Assembly (NCBI GenBank): GCA_043804515.1
Contig: JAZDIZ010000149.1
Span: 1-14,531 of the forward strand
Source: Pseudomonadota bacterium
Lineage (GTDB): Bacteria > Bdellovibrionota_G > JALEGL01 > DATDPG01
Reading direction: 5' to 3'
DNA length: 14,531 bases
The translations under genes were made by a program, and so were the position numbers. Under the pieces are notes generated by a model. That model was not told the origin of the DNA. It did not search any database and saw only the letters and a program-made list of their open reading frames with translations. Of the stretch, positions 7,735 to 14,531 are shown in pieces (position 1 is the stretch's first letter; the number at the start of each line of letters is the position of its first letter).

Positions 7735-8715
7735 ATGAACGCGCCAATTCTCGTGACAGGCTCTTCCGGGTACGTCGGATCCCATACCGTCAAGTTCTTG
7801 GTGAAACAAGGAGAGGCGGTGGTGGGTCTCGACGCTCGGCCTCCTTCCCCACAGATTCGGCGATACCTGGCCGACCATCTCGTATCGGATATGGCCGATC
7901 CATCCGTAGCCGATTTTTTGAGGAGGACTTCTCCGGCGGGAGTGATTCATTGCGCGGCGAAATGCCTGGTGGGGGAGTCGGTCCAAAACCCCGAGCTTTA
8001 CTTCGATCACAACGTCCGAAGGTCCAGGGTATTCGTCGAAATGGCCCTGAAGGCGCGAGTCCGGAGCCTTGTTTTCTCCTCCAGCGCAGCGGTGTACGGG
8101 GAGCCCGTCAAGACACCTATACCGGAGGAGCATCCCAAAAATCCCATCAATCCGTACGGCCGCTCAAAGGCGGACTTCGAAACGTTCCTTCTTTCGGACG
8201 ACGTCCGTACGAGGCTTCGTGTGGGCATCGTTCGGTATTTCAACGCCGCAGGCGCCGATCCCGAAGGGGAGATCGGGGAGGTACACGACCCGGAGACTCA
8301 TCTGATTCCGAACGCTGTTTTGGCGGGCCTGGGCGTTCGCAAGGAATTCGAACTGTTCGGCACGGACTATCCGACGCGGGACGGAACGTGTGTCCGGGAT
8401 TTCATCCACGTCTGGGATCTCGCCGAGGCCCATCGGATTTTGTTGAGACGCCTCGAGAGCGGAAAGGGCGGGGAGGTCTACAATCTGGGGAGTTCCGACG
8501 GATACACCGTCCGCGAAGTTTTGAGCGAGGTGGGCCGCCAGCTCGGACGCGAGGTTTCGACGGCCGAGAAACCCAGAAGGCCGGGGGATCCCGTGGTATT
8601 GATCGCCGATGCTGCCAGGGCGCTCAAAGATTTGGGCTGGAAGCGTACCCTTTCGGATCTGCCGGAAATCGTCGCCACGGCACTTGCCTGGCACCGGAAA
8701 AGCCGTAGGCTCTGA
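7735..8715 (+). CDS. galE: UDP-glucose 4-epimerase
   Basis: 'ILVTGSSGYVGSH', 'VGESVQNPELY', 'FSSSAAVYGEP', catalytic 'YGRSK', 'RYFNAAGAD', 'HDPETHLIP', 'GTDYPTRDGTCVRDFIHV', 'RRPGDP'. RBS AAGGA. Confidence 0.95.
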   Translation: MNAPILVTGSSGYVGSHTVKFLVKQGEAVVGLDARPPSPQIRRYLADHLVSDMADPSVADFLRRTSPAGVIHCAAKCLVGESVQNPELYFDHNVRRSRVFVEMALKARVRSLVFSSSAAVYGEPVKTPIPEEHPKNPINPYGRSKADFETFLLSDDVRTRLRVGIVRYFNAAGADPEGEIGEVHDPETHLIPNAVLAGLGVRKEFELFGTDYPTRDGTCVRDFIHVWDLAEAHRILLRRLESGKGGEVYNLGSSDGYTVREVLSEVGRQLGREVSTAEKPRRPGDPVVLIADAARALKDLGWKRTLSDLPEIVATALAWHRKSRRL

Positions 8716-8730
8716 ACCTCGACCAAGACC

Positions 8731-9732
8731 ATGACGGCCAGGAAAGCTCTCATCACGGGAATCTCGGGGCAGGATGGCTCGTATCTGGCCGAACTGCTCT
8801 TGTCGAAGGGATACGAAGTCCACGGAATCATCCGGAAGGCCAGCACGTTCAACACCGAGCGCCTGAGGGAGATCTACCAGGATCCCCACGACTCGGCCCG
8901 GCGGCTGTTTTTGCATTACGGGGATCTCTCCGACGGATCCATGTTGGCTCGGCTCCTTTCAAAAACCGGGCCGGACGAAATTTACAACATGGGGGCCCAG
9001 AGCCATGTTCGCGTGAGCTTCGACATTCCGGAGTACACCGCGGACATCGATGCTCTAGGGCCGCTGCGCCTGCTGGACGCCATTCGGGACGCCGGGATCA
9101 AGCCAAAGCTCTATCAGGCCTCCAGTTCGGAGATGTTCGGCGGCATGCACGGCGCCGCGGCGCTGACCGAGGAGTCTCTGCTCGAGCCGAGAAGCCCGTA
9201 CGCCGCCTCGAAGTGCTTCGCGTTCTGGATCACACGCAACTACCGCGAGGCTTATGGGATTCACGCGAGCAACGGAATCCTGTTCAACCACGAATCCCCG
9301 CGGCGGGGGCCCACGTTCGTGACGCGAAAGATCACCATGGGACTGGCCCGCATTCTGGCCGGCAGGCAGAAAAAGATATTCCTCGGCAACATCGATGCCC
9401 TGCGCGATTGGGGCTACGCTCCGGAATTCATGGAGGCGGTGCACCGGATTGTCACGCACCCGAAACCGGACGACTTCGTCGTCGCCACAGGGAAGGCGCA
9501 TTCCGTGCGGGATTTCCTGGACGAGGCCTTCGGCTTGGCCCGGATCAAATGGCAGGATCACGTGGAGATCGATCCCTCGTATTTCCGGCCGACGGAGGTC
9601 GCTTGCCTGGTCGGAAGCCCGGCGAAGGCGAAAAACCTTCTCGGATGGGAGGCGCGGACCGGCTTCAAGGAGCTGGTTCGGATCATGCTCGAGGCCGATT
9701 GCAAACTGGAAGGCGCGATTCTTCCCCGCTGA
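8731..9732 (+). CDS. gmd: GDP-mannose 4,6-dehydratase
   Basis: '[26 protein letters not shown]', 'HYGDL', 'AQSHVRVSF', '[10 protein letters not shown]', 'SPYAASK', '[19 protein letters not shown]', 'RDWG', 'YFRPTEV'. Confidence 0.98.
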   Translation: MTARKALITGISGQDGSYLAELLLSKGYEVHGIIRKASTFNTERLREIYQDPHDSARRLFLHYGDLSDGSMLARLLSKTGPDEIYNMGAQSHVRVSFDIPEYTADIDALGPLRLLDAIRDAGIKPKLYQASSSEMFGGMHGAAALTEESLLEPRSPYAASKCFAFWITRNYREAYGIHASNGILFNHESPRRGPTFVTRKITMGLARILAGRQKKIFLGNIDALRDWGYAPEFMEAVHRIVTHPKPDDFVVATGKAHSVRDFLDEAFGLARIKWQDHVEIDPSYFRPTEVACLVGSPAKAKNLLGWEARTGFKELVRIMLEADCKLEGAILPR

Positions 9733-9812
9733 TGCCGTTCGATTGGTCCAAGAAGCGGATTCTCGTCACCAGCGGAGCCGGGTGCTTGGGTTCCGGGAAC
9801 GAGATCACGATC
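9732..9812 (+). pseudogene. fcl: Internally deleted remnant of a GDP-L-fucose synthase (fcl/wcaG)-like extended SDR gene
   Basis: The ATG overlaps the gmd stop (TGATG). It reads [21 protein letters not shown], a degenerate 'KRILVTGGAGFLGS' NADP-binding start, fused directly to 'GSGNEITI', the late 'NLGSGxEI(S/T)I' motif of Fcl. Similarity then disappears and the frame stops at 9911. Confidence 0.8.
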
Positions 9813-9865
9813 GCGGCGATTGGCTTGGCATCGCGAGAGATCCGGGTGTTAGAGTCCCCTCCGTC

Positions 9866-10864
9866 ATGTCGCTTGATCAGCATCGCGCCCGCCCCCCGTT
9901 GTCGGAAGTAGCCGTTATTGTGGCCGCTCGCAACGAGGCGGAGCATTTGAAGCCCTGCCTCGATTCGCTGCTCATCGCCGCGCGCGGAGAGGCGCAGATC
10001 ATCGTTGTGGATGACGCCTCCACCGACCGGAGTCTCGAGATCCTGGAAAGCTACGGCCCCCGTATCCACGTAGTTCGTTCGGAAGGGAAGGGGCCGGGCA
10101 GGGCCCGGAATCTGGGCCTGCGGGCTGCCCCGAGGCCTTGGATTGCGTTTACGGATGCCGACTGCGTTGTTCCCCCGGATTGGCTGTCGTCATTGCTCGG
10201 CGAGATCGCCAATGCTGCCCCGCAGATGTCCTCGATCGGGGGCGGACAGGAAATCGATCGCCGGGCGGGCCCGACCGAGCGGGCCGTGGGAGAATTCCTG
10301 GCGGCCGCCGGATTCGTATCGGATTATCTCCACACGGGGAATTCTCTCAGTCAGGTAGATCACAACCCCACCTGCAATGTTCTGTATCGGCGCTCGGTTC
10401 TTGAAACTGCCGGCGGCTTTGACGAATCGATCTGGCCTTGCGAGGACCTGGATCTGGACCTTAGGCTCAAGAAGATGGGCTTTAGGGCGCTATTTCACCC
10501 GGCCGCGGCGGTGGAACACCGCCGCCCGGCAACGTGCTCCGGATTCGTCCGAATGATGGCTCGGTACGGTTTCGCCCACGCCCAACTGGCCAAGAAGCAT
10601 GGCCTGTGCCAGCCGATTCAATTTCTCGCGTTCCTCCCGCTCGCCGCCGCCGCTTTGCTTTTCTTCCAGAAATTGGACGGACGGTTTTACGCGCGCGGTT
10701 TCATCGCCACGACGGCGCTCCTCCTCCTTTTTTTCCTCCTCCGGCATCGCTCTCCCTTCAGGGCGCCGCTCAGCGCGCTGTTCGCGATCGCAAGCATCCC
10801 GGCCTGGGTTTTCGGCTTTTACTGTGGCTTAATAGGAAGTCGCCGAATCGCACGCCATGCCTAA
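9866..10864 (+). CDS. Glycosyltransferase family 2 with C-terminal transmembrane helices
   Basis: 'VAVIVAARNE', 'IIVVDDASTD', 'GPGRARNLG', DxD in 'FTDADC', 'TCNVLYRR', 'GGFDE', 'EDLDL', hydrophobic C-terminus. The start was moved from 9395 in the track to ATG 9866; TTG 9899 is an alternative. Confidence 0.92.
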   Translation: MSLDQHRARPPLSEVAVIVAARNEAEHLKPCLDSLLIAARGEAQIIVVDDASTDRSLEILESYGPRIHVVRSEGKGPGRARNLGLRAAPRPWIAFTDADCVVPPDWLSSLLGEIANAAPQMSSIGGGQEIDRRAGPTERAVGEFLAAAGFVSDYLHTGNSLSQVDHNPTCNVLYRRSVLETAGGFDESIWPCEDLDLDLRLKKMGFRALFHPAAAVEHRRPATCSGFVRMMARYGFAHAQLAKKHGLCQPIQFLAFLPLAAAALLFFQKLDGRFYARGFIATTALLLLFFLLRHRSPFRAPLSALFAIASIPAWVFGFYCGLIGSRRIARHA

Positions 10865-12050
10865 GCTGTCCATCGTCGTTCCCGCATACAATGAAGCGAG
10901 CCACATCGATGTGGTCGTGCATTCACTCCTGGCGGCGAGGGACAAGATCGCCCGGGCCTCCCGCTTGGACAGCGTTGAGATCATCGTGGTGAATGACGGC
11001 TCGACCGACGGTACGGGCGCGATCCTGGATAGGATCTCGCGCGAGCAGGACGGTACGTTCCGCGTCGTCACGCACGAGGAAAACAGCGGCTACGGCGCCG
11101 CCCTCAAATCGGGCTTCCGAGCCTCGAGCGGGGAGTACCTCTCGTTCATGGACGCGGACGGCACGATTTCGCCGGAGTCCTTCATCTCGATGTACGACGC
11201 GCTCAAGATCCAGAACGCGGACATGGTCGTGGGAACCCGTTTCGGACGGACGTCCGAAATGCCGTTCCTCCGAAGGCTCGGTAACCGATTCTTTGCCCTG
11301 CTGCTTCGATTCCTCTCGGGTCAACCCGTCCGCGACACGGCCAGCGGCGTGCGCCTCTTCCGCCGCGAGATCGTGCCCTTGTTGCTTCCGCTTCCGGACG
11401 GGCTTCATTTCACTCCCGCCATGAGCACAAAGGCGGTCCACGAGCACCTCAAGGTGATCGAAGTGCCCGTTCCCTACGCGGAACGAAGCGGCGATTCGAA
11501 GCTGAAGATCTTCCGGGACGGGTTCCGTTTCCTGAACATCATGATGAGCATCGTGCTCATGTACAACCCTTTCAAGGTGTTCTTTTTCCTCGGATTGTTG
11601 TGCGAGCTGGTGGCCGTATCCCTGTTTTCCATACCGATCTTTGCCCTGCTGACGGACGAGAACGTCCGCTTTCTGGATTACATCTATCGATCCATCGGAG
11701 GCCTATACTTTTTCACCGTCGGCGTGCAGTTCACGCTCTTCGGGATCCTTGCCCGCTTCATGGTCTCCACGTTCTTCAAGAGCCACGAATCCGGGAAGCT
11801 GATCCACAAGTTGAACCGAATTCTGCGGGTCTACGATTGGATGAGCTTTTACGGTTTCGGCGTCGTCGGCGTCGGCGTCGTGATCAATGCGCTTTATTTC
11901 TGGAAATATGTCTTCGGAGGCGGTCTTTCACTCCATTGGGCCTGGCTGCTCCTGGCCGCCGGGTTCATCATCGTCGGCTTCGAGATGGTGATCACAGGCG
12001 TGATCATGAAGATCCTGAAGGACATCAAGACGGCCAAAGGAATCGACTAA
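10857..12050 (+). CDS. GT2 Dpm1/ArnC-like polyprenyl-phosphate glycosyltransferase with extended C-terminal membrane domain
   Basis: 'LSIVVPAYNE', 'IIVVNDGSTDGT', 'NSGYGAALKSG', 'FMDADG', 'DMVVGTR', 'RRLGNRFF', 'DTASGVRLFRR', 'EVPVPYAERSGDSKL..FRDG', followed by about 4 predicted TM segments. Overlaps the upstream gene by 8 nt. Confidence 0.93.
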   Translation: MPKLSIVVPAYNEASHIDVVVHSLLAARDKIARASRLDSVEIIVVNDGSTDGTGAILDRISREQDGTFRVVTHEENSGYGAALKSGFRASSGEYLSFMDADGTISPESFISMYDALKIQNADMVVGTRFGRTSEMPFLRRLGNRFFALLLRFLSGQPVRDTASGVRLFRREIVPLLLPLPDGLHFTPAMSTKAVHEHLKVIEVPVPYAERSGDSKLKIFRDGFRFLNIMMSIVLMYNPFKVFFFLGLLCELVAVSLFSIPIFALLTDENVRFLDYIYRSIGGLYFFTVGVQFTLFGILARFMVSTFFKSHESGKLIHKLNRILRVYDWMSFYGFGVVGVGVVINALYFWKYVFGGGLSLHWAWLLLAAGFIIVGFEMVITGVIMKILKDIKTAKGID

Positions 12051-12063
12051 AAACGCGCTGCGC

Positions 12064-12744
12064 TTACGGCTGTGTCGTGGGTTCCGGCGCCGGCGTCGGA
12101 AGCGACGTGGCCCCGGCCCACGGGTCGTAACCGGCATCGACTTTCGGGAACCCGTGTTTCCCCGACCGCTGGCCGGGGGACAAGGGGGCCACAGCAGGCT
12201 CTTGAGCCACTTGTGCCTGGTGACGAAGGCTCTCCAGCCCCGGAATGGGCACGACGCCTGCGAAGTTCAGAAGCAGGAGAAGCATGGCCGCAAAAAAAAT
12301 AGATGTCAGGTACCAGAAATAATGGTCCACGAAGCTCTTCGGCGGCGCATCCGGGGGGTAATCCGAAAGATCAGCTTCCGTGAGTCTCGCCTTCAGGACC
12401 GGCGGATAAAACGGGTTCAGATATTCACCGGACACCGAATCCCATCGTTTCTTTCCCGATGTGGGTTCGGCTAAAGTGTCGGCTTCGACGTCCACCGGGA
12501 ACAAAGGTGAATCCGCCGTTTCGGGTTCCTTCGGCGCTTCCGCAGGCTCAGGGGAGACGTCGTAGGCCCCATCCGGAACGATGTACTCGACCACCGCCTC
12601 TTCAGTTCCGTCCGTCTCTCCTTGTTTCAGGAAGAAGTAGTTCAGGCACTTGGGGCATGTGATTTTTACGCCGGAGGGCGTGATTTGTTTGTCATCGAGG
12701 CGGTAAACGGAGTGGCACACACCGCACTCGAATGTGAACAGCAT
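12064..12744 (-). CDS. Zinc-ribbon (MJ0042 finger-like) bitopic membrane protein
   Basis: 'MLFTFECGVCHSVYRLDDKQITPSGVKITCPKC...F' fits the MJ0042 / zinc_ribbon_4-5 pattern. It continues with an acidic Pro-rich linker, a single TM 'YFWYLTSIFFAAMLLLLLNFAGV' and a Pro-rich tail. The start was moved from 12810 to ATG 12744. Confidence 0.85.
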   Translation of the reverse strand: MLFTFECGVCHSVYRLDDKQITPSGVKITCPKCLNYFFLKQGETDGTEEAVVEYIVPDGAYDVSPEPAEAPKEPETADSPLFPVDVEADTLAEPTSGKKRWDSVSGEYLNPFYPPVLKARLTEADLSDYPPDAPPKSFVDHYFWYLTSIFFAAMLLLLLNFAGVVPIPGLESLRHQAQVAQEPAVAPLSPGQRSGKHGFPKVDAGYDPWAGATSLPTPAPEPTTQP

Positions 12745-12750
12745 AAGTAT

Positions 12751-12779
12751 ATGATAAGACTTGTCTTTTCTTTGGTCAA
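12751..12779 (-). promoter_or_regulatory. Sigma70-type promoter TTGACC-N17-TATCAT for the zinc-ribbon gene
   Basis: Minus strand: TTGACC (12779-12774) aaagaaaagacaagtct TATCAT (12756-12751) atactt ATG. Both hexamers match consensus at 5 of 6 positions and the spacer is exactly 17 nt. Confidence 0.75.
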
Positions 12780-13633
12780 GGGAGTGGCCCTTCCAGGCTC
12801 GTGCTCCCACCCCGGATTACTTCCACCGTCCGGTTGCGTTCCTCCTGAAGTGTGCCTCTCAGGGCGGTTTCAACGAGTTCTTCCATGCCGATCGCCGGCA
12901 CGGAGTTCTCCGTTGCGGCATCATCCGGATGCCGGAGCGACAGCGTAAGTCTACCCACCTGGGACGCGTGCGTGATAATTCCGGCTTCCCCGGGCAGCAC
13001 CATCAGCGTGAGGCTCGAGTACGCGGTTTGGGAGTCGTCGTTCAATTCCTTCCCCACACTCAAGACCGCCACGTTTTGGAGAAGCGTTACAGTGCTCGGA
13101 TGACTTTCCCCTGGAGGCGTGAGCGTAAGAAGCAGATCGACATGGTCCGCGGGCCGGATCGCCTGAGCCACCGAGCTGGTGTCCGTGACGCCGATGGCTA
13201 ATGCTCGGTAACCTTTTACGACCCTCCGCGCCGGGGTAGGAGGCATATAGTTCACGTCCAGATCGGACCAGAGCACCATCGATCCCCGCGCCACGGAACG
13301 CAGCACCGTGAGCCCCGGAATCCGTTGAAGGTCGCCGCGCAACAAAACGCCCATCGGCAGGAGATCCTTGGGGACCCTTCTCGTTTCAAAATCACGAAGT
13401 TCCAGAACTTTTCCTTCCCGAAGGTCCCGGCTGGATGTCAGGACCTCGGCGGGTTCCAACCCGAAGCCGAGATTTCTTTTGTATCTTTGTATTCCGTCCC
13501 AAAGAAGAAGCGTCCCCAGGAGTGCCAATCCTGCAGGGAGGAGCCACGGGTAGGCTCTCTTAAGGTGCGCCGAATCCGTCCATCGGGTCCGGACGGCCTC
13601 GAACCATTTTTTTGAGAGCTTGATCCAATCCAT
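12776..13633 (-). CDS. cpaB: Flp/Tad pilus assembly protein CpaB/RcpC
   Basis: N-terminal TM, SAF-like segment 'VLTSSRDLREGKVL...VPKDLLP', and the RcpC domain 'GYRALAIGV...IRPADHVDLLLT...TLLQNVAVLSVG...LTLMV.P.EA...G.LTLSLRHPDD'. Confidence 0.9.
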   Translation of the reverse strand: MDWIKLSKKWFEAVRTRWTDSAHLKRAYPWLLPAGLALLGTLLLWDGIQRYKRNLGFGLEPAEVLTSSRDLREGKVLELRDFETRRVPKDLLPMGVLLRGDLQRIPGLTVLRSVARGSMVLWSDLDVNYMPPTPARRVVKGYRALAIGVTDTSSVAQAIRPADHVDLLLTLTPPGESHPSTVTLLQNVAVLSVGKELNDDSQTAYSSLTLMVLPGEAGIITHASQVGRLTLSLRHPDDAATENSVPAIGMEELVETALRGTLQEERNRTVEVIRGGSTSLEGPLP

Positions 13634-13652
13634 GTTCGCCCGCCTCGCTGAT

Positions 13653-14357
13653 TCAGTTCCAAGTGCCTCGGCTCAGTTCGCTCGCGAGATCGCCCGCTGC
13701 GGATCCTTCCTGCGCAGAGCTCAGAGCCTCGGCGACGGGAGTTCCGAGAATTCCCAGCCCCACGTCCGCCACGGCTTGCGCCAGATCGGAGATCCCCAGA
13801 AGCGGGAGGGGGAGGGGCCCGAAGCCGGCCTTGATCATGGCTTCGAGCCACAGGGCCTGACGCAACGTCTCGCTTTTCTCGAAACTGGAGCCCGGAATTT
13901 TGTCTCGGCTTTTCAGCGTGAGTTCGGGGGAGAATTCAGCGCCTGAATCCGTGGATTGAATCCATCCTCGGATCACCTCCGGAACGTGCCGCCCGGCGGT
14001 TACTTCGATGTCATGCCCGCAGTCGAAACCCACAACAGCGCGGAACGACGTCGGCAGCGATGAAAGCAACGCAACCCATCCGATCCAAAGGGGGTTGCAG
14101 GCGCTTGTTTCGCGCTCCGTGAATGTGCCGCCTCCTTTCCCCGCTCCCCACGACTCGATCACCGCTCTTGCCTTCTGCGAATCGGCTCCATGGGCGCGCG
14201 AGACGGCGTATGTCCACGCGGCGCGCTCCACCCGGCTCTTCTCGATCAGCGCCTCACCCAAATAACCGATCCCCAGAGCCAGAAGAAAGAGGATGGGGAG
14301 CGCCAACAGGAGCTCGACCGAACCCGTTTGGGGACCCTTAATGGAGAATTCCGCCAT
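13653..14357 (-). CDS. TadE-like pseudopilin
   Basis: N-terminal 'GSVELLLALPILFLLALGIGYLG...VERAAW' matches the TadE pattern (VE-hydrophobic-P-hydrophobic ... AAR/AAW). It lies directly upstream of cpaB. Confidence 0.7.
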   Translation of the reverse strand: MAEFSIKGPQTGSVELLLALPILFLLALGIGYLGEALIEKSRVERAAWTYAVSRAHGADSQKARAVIESWGAGKGGGTFTERETSACNPLWIGWVALLSSLPTSFRAVVGFDCGHDIEVTAGRHVPEVIRGWIQSTDSGAEFSPELTLKSRDKIPGSSFEKSETLRQALWLEAMIKAGFGPLPLPLLGISDLAQAVADVGLGILGTPVAEALSSAQEGSAAGDLASELSRGTWN

Positions 14358-14531
14358 CTTGGCTTCCCGTCACACGCGTGAGACTCGGGACGAACTCCAT
14401 CTTGTTCAAGTCGTCTCCCAGAACGCGTGCCTCGGCCACGCCGCGCCTGGCCAAGAGCGCCGGGACGATCTGATCCCTCTCGACCGACAGAATGTCCGAT
14501 GGAATATCCTCCTCCCTGGCAGGGCCCGGTT
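14338..14531 (-). CDS. 3' end of an upstream gene, possibly a TadG-like/Tad-domain pseudopilin (partial, runs off the right edge)
   Basis: Open frame from the edge: ...PGPAREEDIPSDILSVERDQIVPALLARRGVAEARVLGDDLNKMEFVPSLTRVTGSQDGGILH, stop TAA at 14340-14338, overlapping the TadE-like start by 20 nt. The product is inferred from context and the 'AEA.V....F..L...ILH*' style of ending. Confidence 0.55.
   Translation of the reverse strand, partial: PGPAREEDIPSDILSVERDQIVPALLARRGVAEARVLGDDLNKMEFVPSLTRVTGSQDGGILH

Noticed and set aside
9395..9865. 157-aa N-terminal extension of the GT2 ORF in the supplied track
   Set aside because: It overlaps gmd and the fcl remnant in another frame and is Arg/Ser-rich nonsense. 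GT2 similarity begins only after ATG 9866.
9813..9865. 'GAT TGG' (DW) after the fcl scar as a possible remnant of the Fcl C-terminal 'TIDWY' motif (second deletion)
   Set aside because: Two residues in a shifted frame cannot be distinguished from chance without an alignment.
11858..11882. Short GGCGTC/GTC tandem repeats
   Set aside because: They encode GVVGVGVV within a transmembrane helix. This is ordinary coding low complexity, not a contingency repeat.
12745..12810. N-terminal extension of the zinc-ribbon ORF
   Set aside because: It overlaps the end of cpaB and the predicted promoter. The domain begins at Met 12744.
1..14531. CRISPR arrays, tRNA/rRNA genes, IS elements, integrases
   Set aside because: None seen. 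The window is almost entirely coding with short intergenic gaps and no periodic repeats or transposase motifs.

Overview
GC-rich bacterial window with two parts. (1) 126-12050 is a strand-alternating surface-glycan or glycolipid tailoring cluster. It holds two GT4 and two GT2 glycosyltransferases (one Dpm1/ArnC-like), galE, gmd, an FAD-dependent COG1232/UGM-like oxidoreductase, and three radical SAM enzymes of different types: B12-dependent, Twitch/SPASM-type and HxsC-like. Directly after gmd is a tiny remnant of an fcl-like (GDP-fucose synthase) gene that appears to have collapsed by an internal deletion between two 'LGS' motifs. (2) 12064-14531 is the 3' end of a minus-strand Tad/Flp pilus locus (partial TadG-like gene, TadE-like gene, cpaB), followed by a zinc-ribbon membrane protein with its own near-consensus sigma70 promoter, probably giving a leaderless mRNA. 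The gene content suggests a deltaproteobacterial-type lineage such as Myxococcota or Bdellovibrionota (inference only). The best candidate for an undescribed system is the three-radical-SAM plus flavoenzyme sugar-modification module next to an intact gmd that has lost its partner reductase. All product calls come from motif recognition by eye; no database search was run.
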